A model generated the notes under the pieces. That model did no database searches. It saw only the letters and a program-made list of their open reading frames with translations, and was not told the origin of the DNA. Made by a program: the position numbers and the translations under genes. This document shows, piece after piece, positions 45,239-46,396 of a stretch of DNA of 46,396 nt. The stretch's first letter is position 1, and the number at the start of each line of letters is the position of its first letter. Location of the stretch: NCBI RefSeq assembly GCF_000372725.1, contig NW_005202428.1, positions 1,969,331-2,015,726 on the forward strand, given 5' to 3'. Origin of the DNA: Emiliania huxleyi CCMP1516. Lineage: Eukaryota.

Positions 45239-46396
45239 ATGAGGCCCGCCGGATGGCTCTTAGCGCTCTCGGCGTCCGCGGCGGCGCTGCCGAGCGGCCC
45301 TACCACTTTTGAATTCGCGATACCGGGCGACGCGCACGAGTACTGCTTCACCGCGTGCAACTCGACCTCTGGACCGTGTCCCGGGTTCTGCGGTGCGGGC
45401 AGGGCTTGCTGCCTGAACGGGCTGTTTGAGCTCGGCTGCCCCGAGCATGGCGGCTGCGCCGACTACCACTGCTGCGTCGAAGCGGTCCCCTACCCTTCTC
45501 CGCCTCCGTCGCCTCCTCCGCCGTTCCCGCCGCTTCCGCCGATGCCACCGCCCTCGCCACCTCCAGCGCCGCCGCCGTACCGGCTGTGCGACCTGGAGCA
45601 CGACTGCGACAACAAGGGCGCGTGCGGCGTCTGCCTCAAGGAGCTCGGGCGCTTCTTTGACGTCGGGTACTCCCTCTCCTGCCCCCTCCCAACCGATCTC
45701 GGCGACTTGCACGGCTGCCAGTGGGCGGACGAGCTGAAGACGGGAGAGCAGTGCGAGGCTCCGTTCATGGAGGACCCCTCCGACCCCGCCGCGCGCGCCA
45801 ACGCCTGCGGCGTGTACGACGGCCTCAACAACTGCCTGCCCTCGCCCAAGGCGCTCGCTTAGTCGCTTAGGACGCTGACGCTGCTCCCTCGACGCTTTGT
45901 CGACGCCTGCCCCATCATCTCTCCCTCGCTCCCCCTCTCGTCGCCTTTTCCCCTCCCCTGCCCTGCCCTCTCCTCTCCTCCACTCCACTCTCCTCCCTCC
46001 CGCCGCAGGCGTACGCCATGGCCGCCGCACTCGGCTACCCCACGCCTCACGGCGCCTCCTCCCGACACACCTCTCCCCTCCACTAGGCCCACGTCGGGCA
46101 GCCGTCTTCACGGCGCACACCGCTGTGAACAGGCCGCTCCGTCTTCGAGCGCGTCGAGTGCAACGTCGTGATGCCGTCGCCTCCGCCGCCGAGCCTGCCT
46201 TCGCCTCCCGCGCTGCCGCCCCTTCCGCCCCGGCCCCCGCCACCGCCTCGGCCGCCGCCGTCGCCGCCGTCGCCGCCGATTCCGCCGAACGTCCCGGCGG
46301 CTGCCTTGCCCTCCCTCCCCCTCCCTCCCCCTCTCCCTCTTCCTCTGTTCCTCTCTCTCTCTCTCTCCCTCTCTCTCTCTCCCTCCCCCTCCCCTC
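45239..46396 (+). CDS. Secreted Cys-rich / SPPP proline-rich protein, multi-exon, runs off the right edge
   Basis: Signal MRPAGWLLALSASAAA; Cys modules CFTACNSTSGPCPGFCGAGRACC..HCC and CD.EHDC..CGVC; SPPP linkers. Confidence 0.75.

Overview
A eukaryotic, very GC-rich, intron-rich genomic window with many GC-AG introns and intronic 10-nt tandem repeats such as GCCGAGATCA. The style fits a haptophyte such as Emiliania/Gephyrocapsa huxleyi, which is an inference. Manual splicing and translation supports about 15 genes: an EXS (ERD1/XPR1/PHO1) membrane protein running off the left edge, a secreted PAN/Apple + pentapeptide-repeat protein, WDR74/NSA1, an atypical Ser/Thr kinase, a fatty-acid hydroxylase/sterol desaturase, a CS-domain protein, a signal-peptide EF-hand protein, CEP43/FOP, a SAP+EF-hand protein, a cyclophilin, a calpain with three domain-III repeats, a metallo-beta-lactamase/cNMP-binding phosphodiesterase and a secreted Cys/Pro-rich protein. 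Two decayed genes are also present (ASPIC/UnbV and dockerin-like). The standout is a WW + 2x dsRBD gene (40384-43375) that matches the animal Microprocessor subunit DGCR8/Pasha motif by motif. Intergenic DNA is packed with readable mobile elements: two families of 5'-truncated non-LTR retroelements with target-site duplications (TSDs), and Tc1/mariner-, hAT- and Harbinger-type MITEs, some nested. Several introns carry degenerate copies of their flanking exons. Exon boundaries are approximate and no database searches were run.
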